A DNA stretch of 64,000 nucleotides from Polaromonas sp. UBA5171 (lineage in GTDB: Bacteria; Pseudomonadota; Gammaproteobacteria; Burkholderiales; Burkholderiaceae_C), in contig DHWX01000125.1 in assembly GCA_002413395.1 (NCBI GenBank), positions 7,676-71,675 of the forward strand. Reading direction: 5' to 3'. The notes below the pieces were generated by a model, which was not told the origin of the DNA, did no database searches, and worked only from the letters and a program-made list of their open reading frames with translations. How positions within the stretch are numbered: position 1 is the first letter of the stretch; the number at the start of each line of letters is the position of its first letter. A program made the translations under genes and the position numbers. This document shows, in pieces, positions 37,775-47,742 of the stretch.

Positions 37775-40711
37775 TCAGAGCGTACGCGCAACCTCTTTGA
37801 TCTCGAAGAACTCCAGCACATCACCTGCTTCAATGTCGTTGTAATTCTTGATGTTCAGGCCGCACTCAAAGCCTTCCTTGACTTCCTTGGCGTCGTCCTT
37901 GAAACGCTTGAGCGAGTCGAGTTCTCCGGTGAAAATCACGATGTTCTGGCGCAGCAGGCGAAGCCGTGCGGAGCGACGGACCACGCCCGAAGTGACCATG
38001 CAACCGGCAATCGAGCCAATCTTGCTGACCTTGAACACCTGGCGAATCTCGGCAGTCCCGATGACTTCTTCCTTCTTGTCGGGCGTGAGCATGCCAGACA
38101 TGGCGGCCTTGAGATCGTCCACTGCATCATAGATGATGTTGTAGTAGCGAATATCAACACCGTTGTTCTCGGCTTGCTTGCGCGCCAGCGCATCGGCGCG
38201 GGTGTTGAAGCCAATCACCACGGCCTTGGATGCAATGGCCAGGTTGACGTCGGATTCTGAAATACCACCGACACCCGAATACACCAGTTGAACCTTGACC
38301 TCGTCGGTCGATAGTTTAAGCAGCGACTGCGCCAGCGCTTCCTGCGAACCCTGCACATCGGCCTTGATGATGATGGGCAGCATCTTGACTTCACCCGCAG
38401 CGATGTCAGAGAACATGTTCTCCAGCTTGGCAGCCTGCTGCCTGGCCAGCTTGGTATTGCGGAACTTGCCGGCACGGTAAGTGGCAATTTCACGAACACG
38501 ACGCTCGTCGGTCATGACCATGAAGTCATCACCGGCCTGCGGAACTTCGGTCAAGCCCTGGATTTCCACCGGAATGGAGGGGCCGGCGCTCTTGATGGGT
38601 TTGCCGTTTTCGTCAAGCATGGCACGCACGCGGCCATAGGTCGAACCAGCCAACACCACATCACCGGCCTTCAGTGTGCCCGACTGCACCAGCACTGTGG
38701 CAACCGGGCCGCGGCCCTTGTCGAGTTGGGCCTCAATCACCAGGCCCTTGGCCAGGGCATCAACGGGCGCCTTGAGTTCCATCACTTCAGCCTGCAGCAG
38801 CACCTGCTCGAGCAGGGTGTCAATCCCTTGGCCCGTATGGGCAGAGACCGGCACAAAGGGCGAATCACCGCCAAACTCTTCGGGTACCACCCCTTCGGTC
38901 ACCAACTCGCCCTTGACGCGCTCCAGATTAATCCCTGGCTTGTCGATCTTGTTGATGGCCACCACGATGGGAACGCCAGCTGCCTTGGCGTGCATGATGG
39001 CCTCCCTGGTTTGGGGCATCACGCCGTCATCGGCTGCCACCACCAGAACCACAATATCGGTGGCCTGGGCCCCGCGGGCACGCATGGCCGTGAAGGCTTC
39101 ATGGCCTGGGGTATCCAGGAAGGACACCATGCCGCGCGGCGTTTCAACGTGGTAGGCGCCAATGTGCTGGGTAATCCCGCCAGCTTCACCAGCAGCCACC
39201 TTGGTGCGGCGAATGTAATCCAGCAATGAGGTTTTGCCATGATCCACGTGACCCATGACGGTCACCACCGGGGCTCTGGGAAGCGCCTCGGCTTGCTGGC
39301 CCTGCACGTCCTCGTCGGTGAACGCTTCTGGATCATCCAGCGCGGCGGTGATCGCCTTGTGGCCCATTTCTTCCACCAAAATCATGGCAGTGTCCTGGTC
39401 CAGCGGCTGGTTGATGGTGACCATCTGACCGAGCTTCATCAGGTGCTTGATCACTTCGGAAGACTTGACGCTCATCTTGTGCGCCAGCTCCGCCACGGTA
39501 ATGGTTTCAGGGACGTGAACCTCAAGTACCTTGAATTCGGTCGGGGCGACAAAAGTCGACTCAGGGCGTGCCTCGCGGCCGGAACTGCGACGACCGCGCG
39601 GGCCGGCGCGGAAGTTGCCGCGTCCTGGCACCACCGGAGCCCCACGGCTCGGAATGCCTTTCTTCTTGGCCGCGTCATCTTTCCAGGTTGAAGACAGGTT
39701 TTCCGACTTGACTTCCTTTTTGCCGACAGCGCCCGGGGCCGCAGCGGAACCTGGAGCGCCCGGCTTGGCTGCTCCCGGCTTGGTTGCACCCGGTTTGACG
39801 GCCGCGCCCGGTACCACGACCGGTTTGTGCAAGGTACCCTTGACGGCAGCTTTCGGGTCGACATGGGGCACCAGCACGCGCTTGGGCGCAGACAGCATGG
39901 CCCGAATGTCCGCAGCTTCGGCTTCAGCCTTGCTGCGACGCTCCTGCAGATCCTGGGCTTTAGCGGCATCGGCCTGGAACTCGGCGGTCGCCTTGGCCTT
40001 GACGGCTGCAAGCGCTGCTGCCGCTGCGGGGGCTTTGCTGGCCTTTTCCTGCGCCACTGCATCAGCCGCTGCGGCTGCGGCTTCAGCTGCTTCGGGCTGG
40101 GCTACCTCTTTGGTTCTTCTGGAACTGGGCTTGGCTTTTTTGGCTGCTTCAGCGGCTTGGGCCGCCTCGGCGGCAGCCTGGGCAATTTTCGCCGCAGCCT
40201 CCCGTTCGAGCTCGCGCGCTGCCTCTTTGGCATCCTGCTCTTCTCGCAAACGGCGCTTTTCCGTCAGCTCTTGCTCCTGACGGCGCAGCAATTCGGCATG
40301 CCGATTGGCTTCTTCTTCACGGCGAATCAGTTCGGTGTCATCAACCACTGGCGGCGGCGTGGCAGTAACCACGGGCGGCACCTCTTCGACAGGCAAGTCG
40401 GCGCCATCCTCGCGTTTGACGAACGTGCGCTTCTTGCGGACTTCCACCTGGATGGTGCGGGCCCTGCCGGTGGCATCAGCCTGCTTGATTTCACTGGTGG
40501 ATTTTTTCACCAGCGTGATTTTCTTGCGCTCAGCCGTGACAGTGCCATGGCTGGCCTGCAGATAACCAAGCAATTTTTGCTTGTCAGCTTCGGACAGAGG
40601 ATCGCTGGCCTGCGTCTTGGCGACACCTGCGCTGGTCAATTGCTCGATCAGGACAGTGGTGGATTTATTCAGTTCAGCTGCGAATTGAGCGACGGTAATG
40701 GTACTGGACAT
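37775..40711 (-). CDS. infB: Translation initiation factor IF-2
   Basis: 978-aa ORF with an Ala/Lys/Glu-rich N-terminal region and a GTPase domain ([26 protein letters not shown]). Confidence 0.97.
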   Translation of the reverse strand: MSSTITVAQFAAELNKSTTVLIEQLTSAGVAKTQASDPLSEADKQKLLGYLQASHGTVTAERKKITLVKKSTSEIKQADATGRARTIQVEVRKKRTFVKREDGADLPVEEVPPVVTATPPPVVDDTELIRREEEANRHAELLRRQEQELTEKRRLREEQDAKEAARELEREAAAKIAQAAAEAAQAAEAAKKAKPSSRRTKEVAQPEAAEAAAAAADAVAQEKASKAPAAAAALAAVKAKATAEFQADAAKAQDLQERRSKAEAEAADIRAMLSAPKRVLVPHVDPKAAVKGTLHKPVVVPGAAVKPGATKPGAAKPGAPGSAAAPGAVGKKEVKSENLSSTWKDDAAKKKGIPSRGAPVVPGRGNFRAGPRGRRSSGREARPESTFVAPTEFKVLEVHVPETITVAELAHKMSVKSSEVIKHLMKLGQMVTINQPLDQDTAMILVEEMGHKAITAALDDPEAFTDEDVQGQQAEALPRAPVVTVMGHVDHGKTSLLDYIRRTKVAAGEAGGITQHIGAYHVETPRGMVSFLDTPGHEAFTAMRARGAQATDIVVLVVAADDGVMPQTREAIMHAKAAGVPIVVAINKIDKPGINLERVKGELVTEGVVPEEFGGDSPFVPVSAHTGQGIDTLLEQVLLQAEVMELKAPVDALAKGLVIEAQLDKGRGPVATVLVQSGTLKAGDVVLAGSTYGRVRAMLDENGKPIKSAGPSIPVEIQGLTEVPQAGDDFMVMTDERRVREIATYRAGKFRNTKLARQQAAKLENMFSDIAAGEVKMLPIIIKADVQGSQEALAQSLLKLSTDEVKVQLVYSGVGGISESDVNLAIASKAVVIGFNTRADALARKQAENNGVDIRYYNIIYDAVDDLKAAMSGMLTPDKKEEVIGTAEIRQVFKVSKIGSIAGCMVTSGVVRRSARLRLLRQNIVIFTGELDSLKRFKDDAKEVKEGFECGLNIKNYNDIEAGDVLEFFEIKEVARTL

Positions 40712-40738
40712 ATTTGGTTTTCCTGCTGGCCTCCATGA

Positions 40739-42259
40739 TCATTGCTCTGGGGTCGCTGCAGGTGCAGCGACCTTTGGAGCGTCATCGGTAAACCAATGCG
40801 CGCGCGCGGTCATGATCAGGGCCTTTGCTTCGTCCTCGGACTGGCCGGTGATCTCTATGAGTTCGTCCACAGCCAGATCGGCCAGATCGTCACGTGTATG
40901 GACACCTGCTTCGGTGAGTTTGGCAATCAGCTCGGGGATGATGCCTTCAACGTCGCGCAGTTTCTGCGAAACACCTTCAACCTTTTCTTCCTGTGCTATT
41001 TCCATCGTGAGAAGAGCATCCTTGGCACGGGTACGCAGCTCATTGACGGTGTCTTCGTCGAATGACTCGACTTCAAGCATTTCCTGCAGCGGCACATAGG
41101 CCACTTCTTCGAGGCTGGTGAAGCCTTCGGAGATCAGGATGTCGGCGATTTCCTGGTCCACATCGAGCTTTTCCATGAACAGCTTGCGGCTGGCATCGGT
41201 TTCGCTCGCCTGCTTTTCGGCTGATTCGCTGGCGTCCATGATGTTGATTTTCCAGCCAGTCAACTCGGAGGCCAGCCGCACGTTCTGGCCACCACGGCCG
41301 ATCGCAATGGCGAGGTTTTCTTCATCGACCACCACATCCATGGCGTGACGCTCTTCGTCGACGACGATGGACGACACATTGGCCGGCGCCAGCGCGCCAA
41401 TCACAAACTGGGCCGGGTCTTCGCTCCACAGAACAATGTCCACGCGCTCACCGGCGAGTTCGTTGGTCACACCGTTGACGCGGGTCCCGCGCACGCCGAC
41501 GCAGGTGCCGATCGGATCAACGCGCTTGTCATGCGACAGCACGGCAATCTTGGCGCGCGAACCCGGATCACGGGCGCAGGATTTGATCTCAAGCAGACCC
41601 TGTTCAATTTCTGGCACTTCCTGACGGAACAGCTCGATCATGTACTCGGGCGCGGTACGCGACAGGATGATGGGCGCGCCACGCAGCGTGGTGTCAACTT
41701 CCATGATCATGGCGCGAACGCGGTCGCCGGAACGCAGGTTTTCCTTTGGAATCATGTCGCTGCGACGCAGGCGGCCTTCGACGCGGCCGGATTCGACAAT
41801 AATGTCGCCCTTGTCCATGCGCTTGACGGTGCCAACAAAAATTTTGTCGCCGCGCGACATGAAATCAGTGAGCAGCATCTCGCGTTCCGCGTCACGGATT
41901 TTCTGCAAAATCACTTGCTTGGCCGCCTGCGCGCCAATGCGGCCAATCGGCAGGCTTTCAACCGGCTTTTCGATGTAATCGCCCTCTTCGATGTCGGCAA
42001 TTTCGTCACGCGCGTCGCTCACCAGTTCCTCGGCTTCGGGATTTTGCAGACCAGCCTCGTCGGGAACCACCAGCCAGCGCCGGAAAGTTTCGTAGTTGCC
42101 GCTGTCACGATCCACCGCAACGCGTATGTCCACGTCACCCTGGTACACCTTCTTGGTGGCGGACGCGAGCGCGAGCTCGACAGCGCCAAAGACGACGTCA
42201 CGCTCAACATTTTTCTCACGCGAGATGGCATCCACCAACATCAACAGTTCGCGATTCAT
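40739..42259 (-). CDS. nusA: Transcription termination/antitermination factor NusA
   Basis: ATG 42259 ([18 protein letters not shown]), followed by S1, KH and acidic repeat domains. Confidence 0.96.
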   Translation of the reverse strand: MNRELLMLVDAISREKNVERDVVFGAVELALASATKKVYQGDVDIRVAVDRDSGNYETFRRWLVVPDEAGLQNPEAEELVSDARDEIADIEEGDYIEKPVESLPIGRIGAQAAKQVILQKIRDAEREMLLTDFMSRGDKIFVGTVKRMDKGDIIVESGRVEGRLRRSDMIPKENLRSGDRVRAMIMEVDTTLRGAPIILSRTAPEYMIELFRQEVPEIEQGLLEIKSCARDPGSRAKIAVLSHDKRVDPIGTCVGVRGTRVNGVTNELAGERVDIVLWSEDPAQFVIGALAPANVSSIVVDEERHAMDVVVDEENLAIAIGRGGQNVRLASELTGWKINIMDASESAEKQASETDASRKLFMEKLDVDQEIADILISEGFTSLEEVAYVPLQEMLEVESFDEDTVNELRTRAKDALLTMEIAQEEKVEGVSQKLRDVEGIIPELIAKLTEAGVHTRDDLADLAVDELIEITGQSEDEAKALIMTARAHWFTDDAPKVAAPAATPEQ

Positions 42260-42290
42260 TTCACAAGCCTGCCTTTCTAAATATCCTGAA

Positions 42291-42914
42291 TTAATTCTCT
42301 GCAGGAACACCGCCAAGCGGAGGAATCCTGGAATCTATTTTGGGTTTTCGCCCCTTGAAATCAACCACAGGTGCCAAGCGCGCCTGGTGGATTTCATCCA
42401 GCGTAAACCGCAGGGCCTGTAACGGCGCTGGAACCTTCTTTTTGCTGACCTTCTGTCCGGGTTTAACCACCGGTTCATCGCGCCAGACGATCTGCCACCC
42501 GGCCGAACTTCCCTGAACACCCGTGGCGTCAACACGCTCCAGCGTGCCACGAAACTTCTTGCGATTCGCCGAGACAGTCGAGCCTGCGCTTGCAGCCGCT
42601 CCAATTGGCGCCTTCAGGGTGATGTCAATCAACTCACCCGCAAAACGCTCAAAATCCCTTTCACTGCGCAGCGGCCGATCTATGCCAGGGGAACTGACTT
42701 CCAGCCGTGCGTATTCGGCGCCTTCAACCTCCAGCACAAACTGCAGCTGGCGCGTGACTTTTTCGCAGTCTTCGGCATTGATGAACCGTTCAAGCCCAGC
42801 GACATAGGGCATGTCAATCGTGACACGCAGCAAGCCACCGCCGGTCCGCTCGACATCGACCAGCTCGTACCCCAGCCCCGTCACAGTTTGCTCAATCGTC
42901 TCTTGCAAAGCCAT
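42291..42914 (-). CDS. rimP: Ribosome maturation factor RimP
   Basis: 207-aa ORF, the first gene of the rimP-nusA-infB operon, with the RimP pattern GYELVDVE...LRVTID. Confidence 0.88.
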   Translation of the reverse strand: MALQETIEQTVTGLGYELVDVERTGGGLLRVTIDMPYVAGLERFINAEDCEKVTRQLQFVLEVEGAEYARLEVSSPGIDRPLRSERDFERFAGELIDITLKAPIGAAASAGSTVSANRKKFRGTLERVDATGVQGSSAGWQIVWRDEPVVKPGQKVSKKKVPAPLQALRFTLDEIHQARLAPVVDFKGRKPKIDSRIPPLGGVPAEN

Positions 42915-42951
42915 TCAGTTTTCAAATACCAGTCCGTAAAAACAAACGCCC

Positions 42952-42981
42952 AAAAAAAATGGGCGGTGAAAACCCGCCCAT
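42952..42981 (-). terminator. Intrinsic terminator/attenuator hairpin 37 nt upstream of rimP and downstream of the ABC ATPase gene
   Basis: An 8-bp stem ATGGGCGG/CCGCCCAT (42959-42981) with a 7-nt loop is followed on the minus strand by a T-run (plus-strand A-run 42952-42959). Confidence 0.7.
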
Positions 42982-42998
42982 TTGGTCGTGAAGTGTGT

Positions 42999-43028
42999 AT
43001 TGTAACGCGCTCAGTGCCCTGGATGCAA
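42999..43028 (-). promoter_or_regulatory. Putative sigma70 promoter of the rimP-nusA-infB operon
   Basis: The minus strand reads TTGCAT (43028-43023), an 18-nt spacer, then TACAAT (43004-42999). It lies immediately upstream of the leader hairpin. Confidence 0.4.
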
Positions 43029-43122
43029 ACAATTTTCGTGCCTGACTCTTCCCTGGATGCCTGAACGCCGCCATCAGTTTGTAGTTATTTTTACTTATTG
43101 GCGCACATCCATCGCAAAATCG

Positions 43123-44811
43123 TCAACCCTGCGTCACCAACTCCCGGGTATAGGGATGACGTGGTGTATCCAGCACTTCCTGCACTGCGCCCGCCTCGAC
43201 CACCTCACCATCCTTGATGACCATCACTTCATGCGCCATGGCACGAATCACATCAACGTCGTGGGTGATGAGAAGATAGCTCAAACCACGCTCGCGCTGC
43301 AGGCGCTGCAGCAGCGCCAGCACCTGCTTCTGGATAGTCACATCCAGCGCGCTGGTTGGCTCATCGAGCACCAGCAGGCTGGGGTTGATGATGAGCGCGC
43401 GCGCAATCGCCAGGCGCTGGCGTTGGCCGCCCGAGAATTCATGCGGATAGCGTTGCAGCAAGCCGGGGAACTGCGCCTCGGTCATGCCCACATCCTCCAG
43501 GGATTCCAGCGCGCGGCACCGCCTTTGCGGCTGGCTCATGGCAGGCTCATGTACTCGCAAACCCTCTTCGACAATTGCTTCCACTGTCATACGGGGTGAC
43601 AGCGAAGAAAATGGGTCCTGAAACACCACCTGGACCGCCCGGCGAATGGTCTTGTTGCGCGCTGCCTGCCTGCTCCAGGATTGGCCTGCTGCCTGCAATT
43701 GCCCGGAAAAGGGAAGCAAGCCCAGGCAGGCCAGCGCCAAAGTGGACTTGCCGGAACCCGATTCGCCGATCACGCCAAGGGTCTTGCCCGGAAAAATTTG
43801 AAAATTCGCATCCTGAACAGCAATGAACTCACCGCGTTTGAACCAGCCCCGGACGCCGGGAACGGCCACCGGGTAGGTCACACGGATGTGGCTGGCCTGC
43901 ATAACCGGTAAAGCATCCGCCGCCGCAGGCGCAACGTCAACGACATCACGCACTGGTTTGCTGTCGATGAGCCTGCGGGTGTAGGGATGCTGTGGAACGG
44001 CGAACACGTCCGCTACCGACCCCTGCTCGACGATATGACCGTCTTCCATGACCGCAACGCGGTCCGCGAAGCGGCGCACCAGATTAAGGTCATGCGTGAT
44101 CATGAGCACGGCCATGCCATTTTGCCGCTGCAACGCGCTAAGCAGGTCCAGTATCTGGCCGCGCAGGGTGACGTCCAGCGCGGTGGTTGGTTCGTCAGCC
44201 AGCAGCAGTTTGGGCTGGCACGCCAGCGCCATCGCGATCATGGCGCGCTGGCGCTGACCCCCCGAGAGCTGGTGGGGAAAGGAGCGGGCTCGCCGCCCGG
44301 CCTCCAGGATACCGGTATTTGCTAGTAATTTAATAGCTACTTGTACAGATTTTTCCTGAGTCAGACCGCGTTTTAGCTGTACAACTTCAGCAATCTGGTC
44401 GCCCACGCTGAACAAGGGGTTCAGCGCCGTCATGGGTTCCTGAAAAATCATGGCAATGTCGCGACCCCGAATGCCGCGCAAGGCGCGCTCCGGCATGGAA
44501 AGCAGCTCACTTGCGCCCTCTGGCCCGGTAAACAGCGCCTGACCGCTGACCTCGGCGTTTTGCACCAGCCGCAGCAGGCTCAGGGCCGTCACGGTCTTTC
44601 CCGAGCCTGACTCTCCCACCAGCGCCAGCCTTTCCCCGGGCGCGATGAAAAAATCAATGCCACGCACGACTTCCTTACCCGCAAAGGAAACCCGTAAATT
44701 TTTCACCTCCAGCAGCAACGAAGATGCACGTTCCGCCAACAGGCCGTCCTTAGGCGGAACAACCCCCTCGGGGGGCAGCGTAGTACGCGAAGCGACAAGC
44801 GTGGGGGCCAT
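43123..44811 (-). CDS. ABC transporter ATP-binding protein with duplicated ATPase domains (Dpp/Opp, YejF-like)
   Basis: It has two Walker A motifs (GESGSGKT and GESGSGKS) and two LSGGQRQR signatures. ATG 44811 has an AAGGAGAG ribosome-binding site inside the end of the HPr gene. Residues 2-28 are encoded by the ~80-nt repeat. Confidence 0.85.
   Translation of the reverse strand: MAPTLVASRTTLPPEGVVPPKDGLLAERASSLLLEVKNLRVSFAGKEVVRGIDFFIAPGERLALVGESGSGKTVTALSLLRLVQNAEVSGQALFTGPEGASELLSMPERALRGIRGRDIAMIFQEPMTALNPLFSVGDQIAEVVQLKRGLTQEKSVQVAIKLLANTGILEAGRRARSFPHQLSGGQRQRAMIAMALACQPKLLLADEPTTALDVTLRGQILDLLSALQRQNGMAVLMITHDLNLVRRFADRVAVMEDGHIVEQGSVADVFAVPQHPYTRRLIDSKPVRDVVDVAPAAADALPVMQASHIRVTYPVAVPGVRGWFKRGEFIAVQDANFQIFPGKTLGVIGESGSGKSTLALACLGLLPFSGQLQAAGQSWSRQAARNKTIRRAVQVVFQDPFSSLSPRMTVEAIVEEGLRVHEPAMSQPQRRCRALESLEDVGMTEAQFPGLLQRYPHEFSGGQRQRLAIARALIINPSLLVLDEPTSALDVTIQKQVLALLQRLQRERGLSYLLITHDVDVIRAMAHEVMVIKDGEVVEAGAVQEVLDTPRHPYTRELVTQG
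44729..44808 (-). repeat. ~80-nt GC-rich structured repeat, copy forming the 5' coding end of the ABC ATPase gene
   Basis: CGTTCCGCCAACAGGCCGTCCTTAGGCGGAACAACCCCCTCGGGGGGCAGCGTAGTACGCGAAGCGACAAGCGTGGGGGC. It is translated as APTLVASRTTLPPEGVVPPKDGLLAER. Confidence 0.8.
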
Positions 44812-44815
44812 ATAT

Positions 44816-45085
44816 TTACTCTCCTTCGCCGAACTTGTCAGCGATGAGCGCCAGCAAGGCCTCCATCGCGGTCTGTTCGTCAGCGCCGCTGGTTTCGACT
44901 TCAACGGTGCTGCCAAGCCCGGCTGCAAGCATCATCACACCCATGATGCTTTTTGCATTCACGCGTCGCTCGCCCTTGCTGATCCAGACTTCGCAGGCAA
45001 AGCTGCCGGCGAGTTTGGTGATTTTGGCCGATGCCCGGGCGTGCAGGCCCAGCTTATTGTTGATGTTCGTGCTGGTCTTGATCAT
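44816..45085 (-). CDS. ptsH: HPr family phosphocarrier protein (NPr-like)
   Basis: 89-aa ORF with the active-site motif NKLGLHARAS. Confidence 0.9.
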   Translation of the reverse strand: MIKTSTNINNKLGLHARASAKITKLAGSFACEVWISKGERRVNAKSIMGVMMLAAGLGSTVEVETSGADEQTAMEALLALIADKFGEGE

Positions 45086-45497
45086 GATCTCTGCGTGGCT
45101 GATTTTGCGGCGCGGTAATCGCCACCTGCATTACACCCTGGGTAGCACCCACCAGTGCGCGCGCTACCAGTGCGTCAAGCGATTCGTTTCGGTAGGAGAC
45201 AGTACGCAGCAGCATGGGCAAATTGACGCCTGTGATCAGCTTGGTGTTCACGCCATCAACCAGCTTTTGCGCAACATTGCAGGGCGTGGCGCCAAATACG
45301 TCCACCAGCACCAAGGCCTGCGAGGAGCCGAGCTGATGAAGCATGATGCGCGCCTGCTCCAGTGTTTCTTCGGGCGGCATGTCGGGCTGCACGTCCAGTG
45401 CCACCACACTCGCGGCGTTATCCGGAAACACATGCAATACGCACTGGCGCAAGGCTGTTGCCAGGGGCGCGTGGGCGATGATGAAAATGCCGTTCAT
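45054..45497 (-). CDS. PTS EIIA component, mannose/fructose type
   Basis: ATG 45497 (MNGIFIIAHAPLATAL), an EIIA-Man fold. The ORF track offers 45506 as an alternative start. Confidence 0.82.
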   Translation of the reverse strand: MNGIFIIAHAPLATALRQCVLHVFPDNAASVVALDVQPDMPPEETLEQARIMLHQLGSSQALVLVDVFGATPCNVAQKLVDGVNTKLITGVNLPMLLRTVSYRNESLDALVARALVGATQGVMQVAITAPQNQPRRDHDQDQHEHQQ

Positions 45498-45775
45498 TGG
45501 GACCAATTATCAGCTTTCACACTGAAGAAATAGCCATATGAGGCGATACAGCAACATAAAAACACCCCCATGTCGGTCTGAAAGCTCGCCACCTGTGTCA
45601 GACCCAGGGCCGTTAATGCGTCAATGCGTCGATCAGCAGTCCTATGCCCCACTGCAACACAAACACGCCAACAGAGATCAGCCGGTGGCAGGCTGACAGG
45701 GCGCCGCCCGGCCAGCGATGCCCGAAAGGCCATGCCGATCACTGGTCGGGCCAAGCTCATCACGCTGGAGGTCAT
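45494..45775 (-). CDS. Hypothetical small membrane protein
   Basis: 93 aa from ATG 45775 (alternative GTG 45817), with hydrophobic stretches. Its TGA overlaps the EIIA start codon (ATGA at 45494-45497), which suggests translational coupling. I recognise no family. Confidence 0.3.
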   Translation of the reverse strand: MTSSVMSLARPVIGMAFRASLAGRRPVSLPPADLCWRVCVAVGHRTADRRIDALTALGLTQVASFQTDMGVFLCCCIASYGYFFSVKADNWSQ

Positions 45776-45855
45776 GCAAAACAGCGCCCAGCCGAGCCAG
45801 CCTGTGGCACTGTTCACAGCAATGCTGATGGCCCGCGCCAGGTTTGATGATTCGA

Positions 45856-46398
45856 CTATTCGAATTTCAGACCGGTGAAAAATGTCTCGGCCACCTCGGG
45901 TGGAATTTTTTCGGCATAGATCACCACCTGAAACACCTGCGACCCTTGGGCAAAGTAGCCGGCCTGACCGCTCACGGCAACGCCATCGGCGCGCCGTCCT
46001 TGCGCCAATACCCGCAACGGAGGTGGCCCGGATGCTGCGCCGGGAAGCTTGAGCGCAAGGACCTGGCTCTTCCCTGGATCGGCCTTCATGTTGGCCAGCG
46101 TCAGAATTTGCCATTGGGCGAGCACGGGTGCCGCTTTTGCCCCATCGCCCAGGTCCGCCACCGCCACGGCAAAGGTTACGCCACCGGCATCGCAACCGAG
46201 CATGGACAGCAGCGTCGGCTGGCCACCGAGCGGAACGACTTTTTGCGCCTGGTCGGGCTTGCACGGTAAAAGCAGGCTGAGCCGCGTATTCTCGGGCCGC
46301 ACCTCGCGCCAGTTGAAAGAGGGGCTGCAGGCGACCAGAACCAGCAACGCCGTTGCAGCGCAAAGCAGCCCGTAGCGTTGCGGCGGCAAGCGTTGCAT
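45856..46398 (-). CDS. Hypothetical lipoprotein
   Basis: ATG 46398 gives MQRLPPQRYGLLCAATALLVLVACSP, a signal peptide plus the lipobox LVAC. The protein is 180 aa. Confidence 0.6.
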   Translation of the reverse strand: MQRLPPQRYGLLCAATALLVLVACSPSFNWREVRPENTRLSLLLPCKPDQAQKVVPLGGQPTLLSMLGCDAGGVTFAVAVADLGDGAKAAPVLAQWQILTLANMKADPGKSQVLALKLPGAASGPPPLRVLAQGRRADGVAVSGQAGYFAQGSQVFQVVIYAEKIPPEVAETFFTGLKFE

Positions 46399-46485
46399 GG
46401 TTTTCTGGGTCGTCAACATGCCTTGCACTGTACAGACATTCGCGTACCCTGCCTGGGGCCAGTGGGTATGGAAAGTGAAGGCAAA

Positions 46486-47742
46486 ATGAGGCCCATGAAC
46501 TCTCTCCAAGGTATTCGCATTCTCGATTTGTCCCGCGTTCTCGCGGGCCCGTGGTGTACCCAGACGCTGGCCGACCTCGGCGCCGACGTCATCAAGATTG
46601 AGCGCCCCGGCACGGGAGACGATACCCGTACCTGGGGTCCACCGTTTTTGAAGGACGACCAGGGCGCGGAAACACAGGAAGCTGCCTATTACCTGGGCAC
46701 CAACCGCAACAAGCGTTCGGTCACCTGTGACATTGCCCAGCCAGCCGGGCAGGCGTTGATCCGCGAACTGGCCATGCATTGCGACGTATTTGTCGAAAAC
46801 TTCAAGGTTGGCGACATGGCGCGCTACGGGCTCGACTATGACTCAATCAAGATCATCAACCCGCGCCTGGTGTATTGTTCGGTCACCGGCTTTGGCCAGA
46901 ACGGCCCCTATGCCGAGCGTGCCGGCTACGACTACGCGATTCAGGGCATGGGCGGGTTGATGAGCGTGACCGGCGAGCGCGATGATTTGGGCGGCGGGCC
47001 GCAAAAAGTTGGCGTGGCCGTGGCGGACTTGATGACCGGCATGTATGCCACGGTGGCGATACTCGCCGCGCTGCGCCACGCCGAAAAAACCGGCATTGGC
47101 CAGCAGGTGGATATGGCGCTGCTCGACACCCAGGTGGCAATGCTCGCCAACCTGGGGGCCAACTATCTGGTGAGCGGCAAGGTGCCGCAGCGCGTCGGCA
47201 ACGCGCACCAGAACATCGTGCCTTATCAGGTATTCGAGGTCGCGCCTGCGCTTGACGGCAGCAAGGACCACATCATCCTGGCGGTGGGCAATGACTCGCA
47301 ATATGTGAAATTCTGCAAGGTCGCCAATATTCCCGAACTGGGCGTGAACCCGCTGTTTGCCAAAAACCGCGACCGCGTGCTCAACCGCGACCAGCTGGTT
47401 CCCATCCTCGAAGCCGTGATGAAAACCCGCGGCAAGGCCGACTGGCTGGCTGTGCTGGAAGCCGCCAAGGTGCCATGTGGCGCCATCAACAACCTGGCCG
47501 AGGTGTTTGCCGACCCGCAAATCGAGGCGCGTGACATGGTGACGCACTGGCAGCACCCCGCCACTGGTGATCTGCGGCTGGTGGCCAGTCCGATCAAGCT
47601 CAGCGCAACGCCGGTACGCACGCCTGGCCGGGGGGGGCAGCCGCCACCACTGCTGGGCCAGCACACAGAGGAAGTATTGCGTGAAGTGATGAATTACTCC
47701 GACGCGCAGTTGGCGGAGCTGAAACACAAGGAGGTCATCTGA
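46486..47742 (+). CDS. CaiB/BaiF family (class III) CoA-transferase
   Basis: ATG 46486. It shows the pattern GIRILDLSRVLAGPWCTQTLADLGADVIKIE. Confidence 0.88.
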   Translation: MRPMNSLQGIRILDLSRVLAGPWCTQTLADLGADVIKIERPGTGDDTRTWGPPFLKDDQGAETQEAAYYLGTNRNKRSVTCDIAQPAGQALIRELAMHCDVFVENFKVGDMARYGLDYDSIKIINPRLVYCSVTGFGQNGPYAERAGYDYAIQGMGGLMSVTGERDDLGGGPQKVGVAVADLMTGMYATVAILAALRHAEKTGIGQQVDMALLDTQVAMLANLGANYLVSGKVPQRVGNAHQNIVPYQVFEVAPALDGSKDHIILAVGNDSQYVKFCKVANIPELGVNPLFAKNRDRVLNRDQLVPILEAVMKTRGKADWLAVLEAAKVPCGAINNLAEVFADPQIEARDMVTHWQHPATGDLRLVASPIKLSATPVRTPGRGGQPPPLLGQHTEEVLREVMNYSDAQLAELKHKEVI

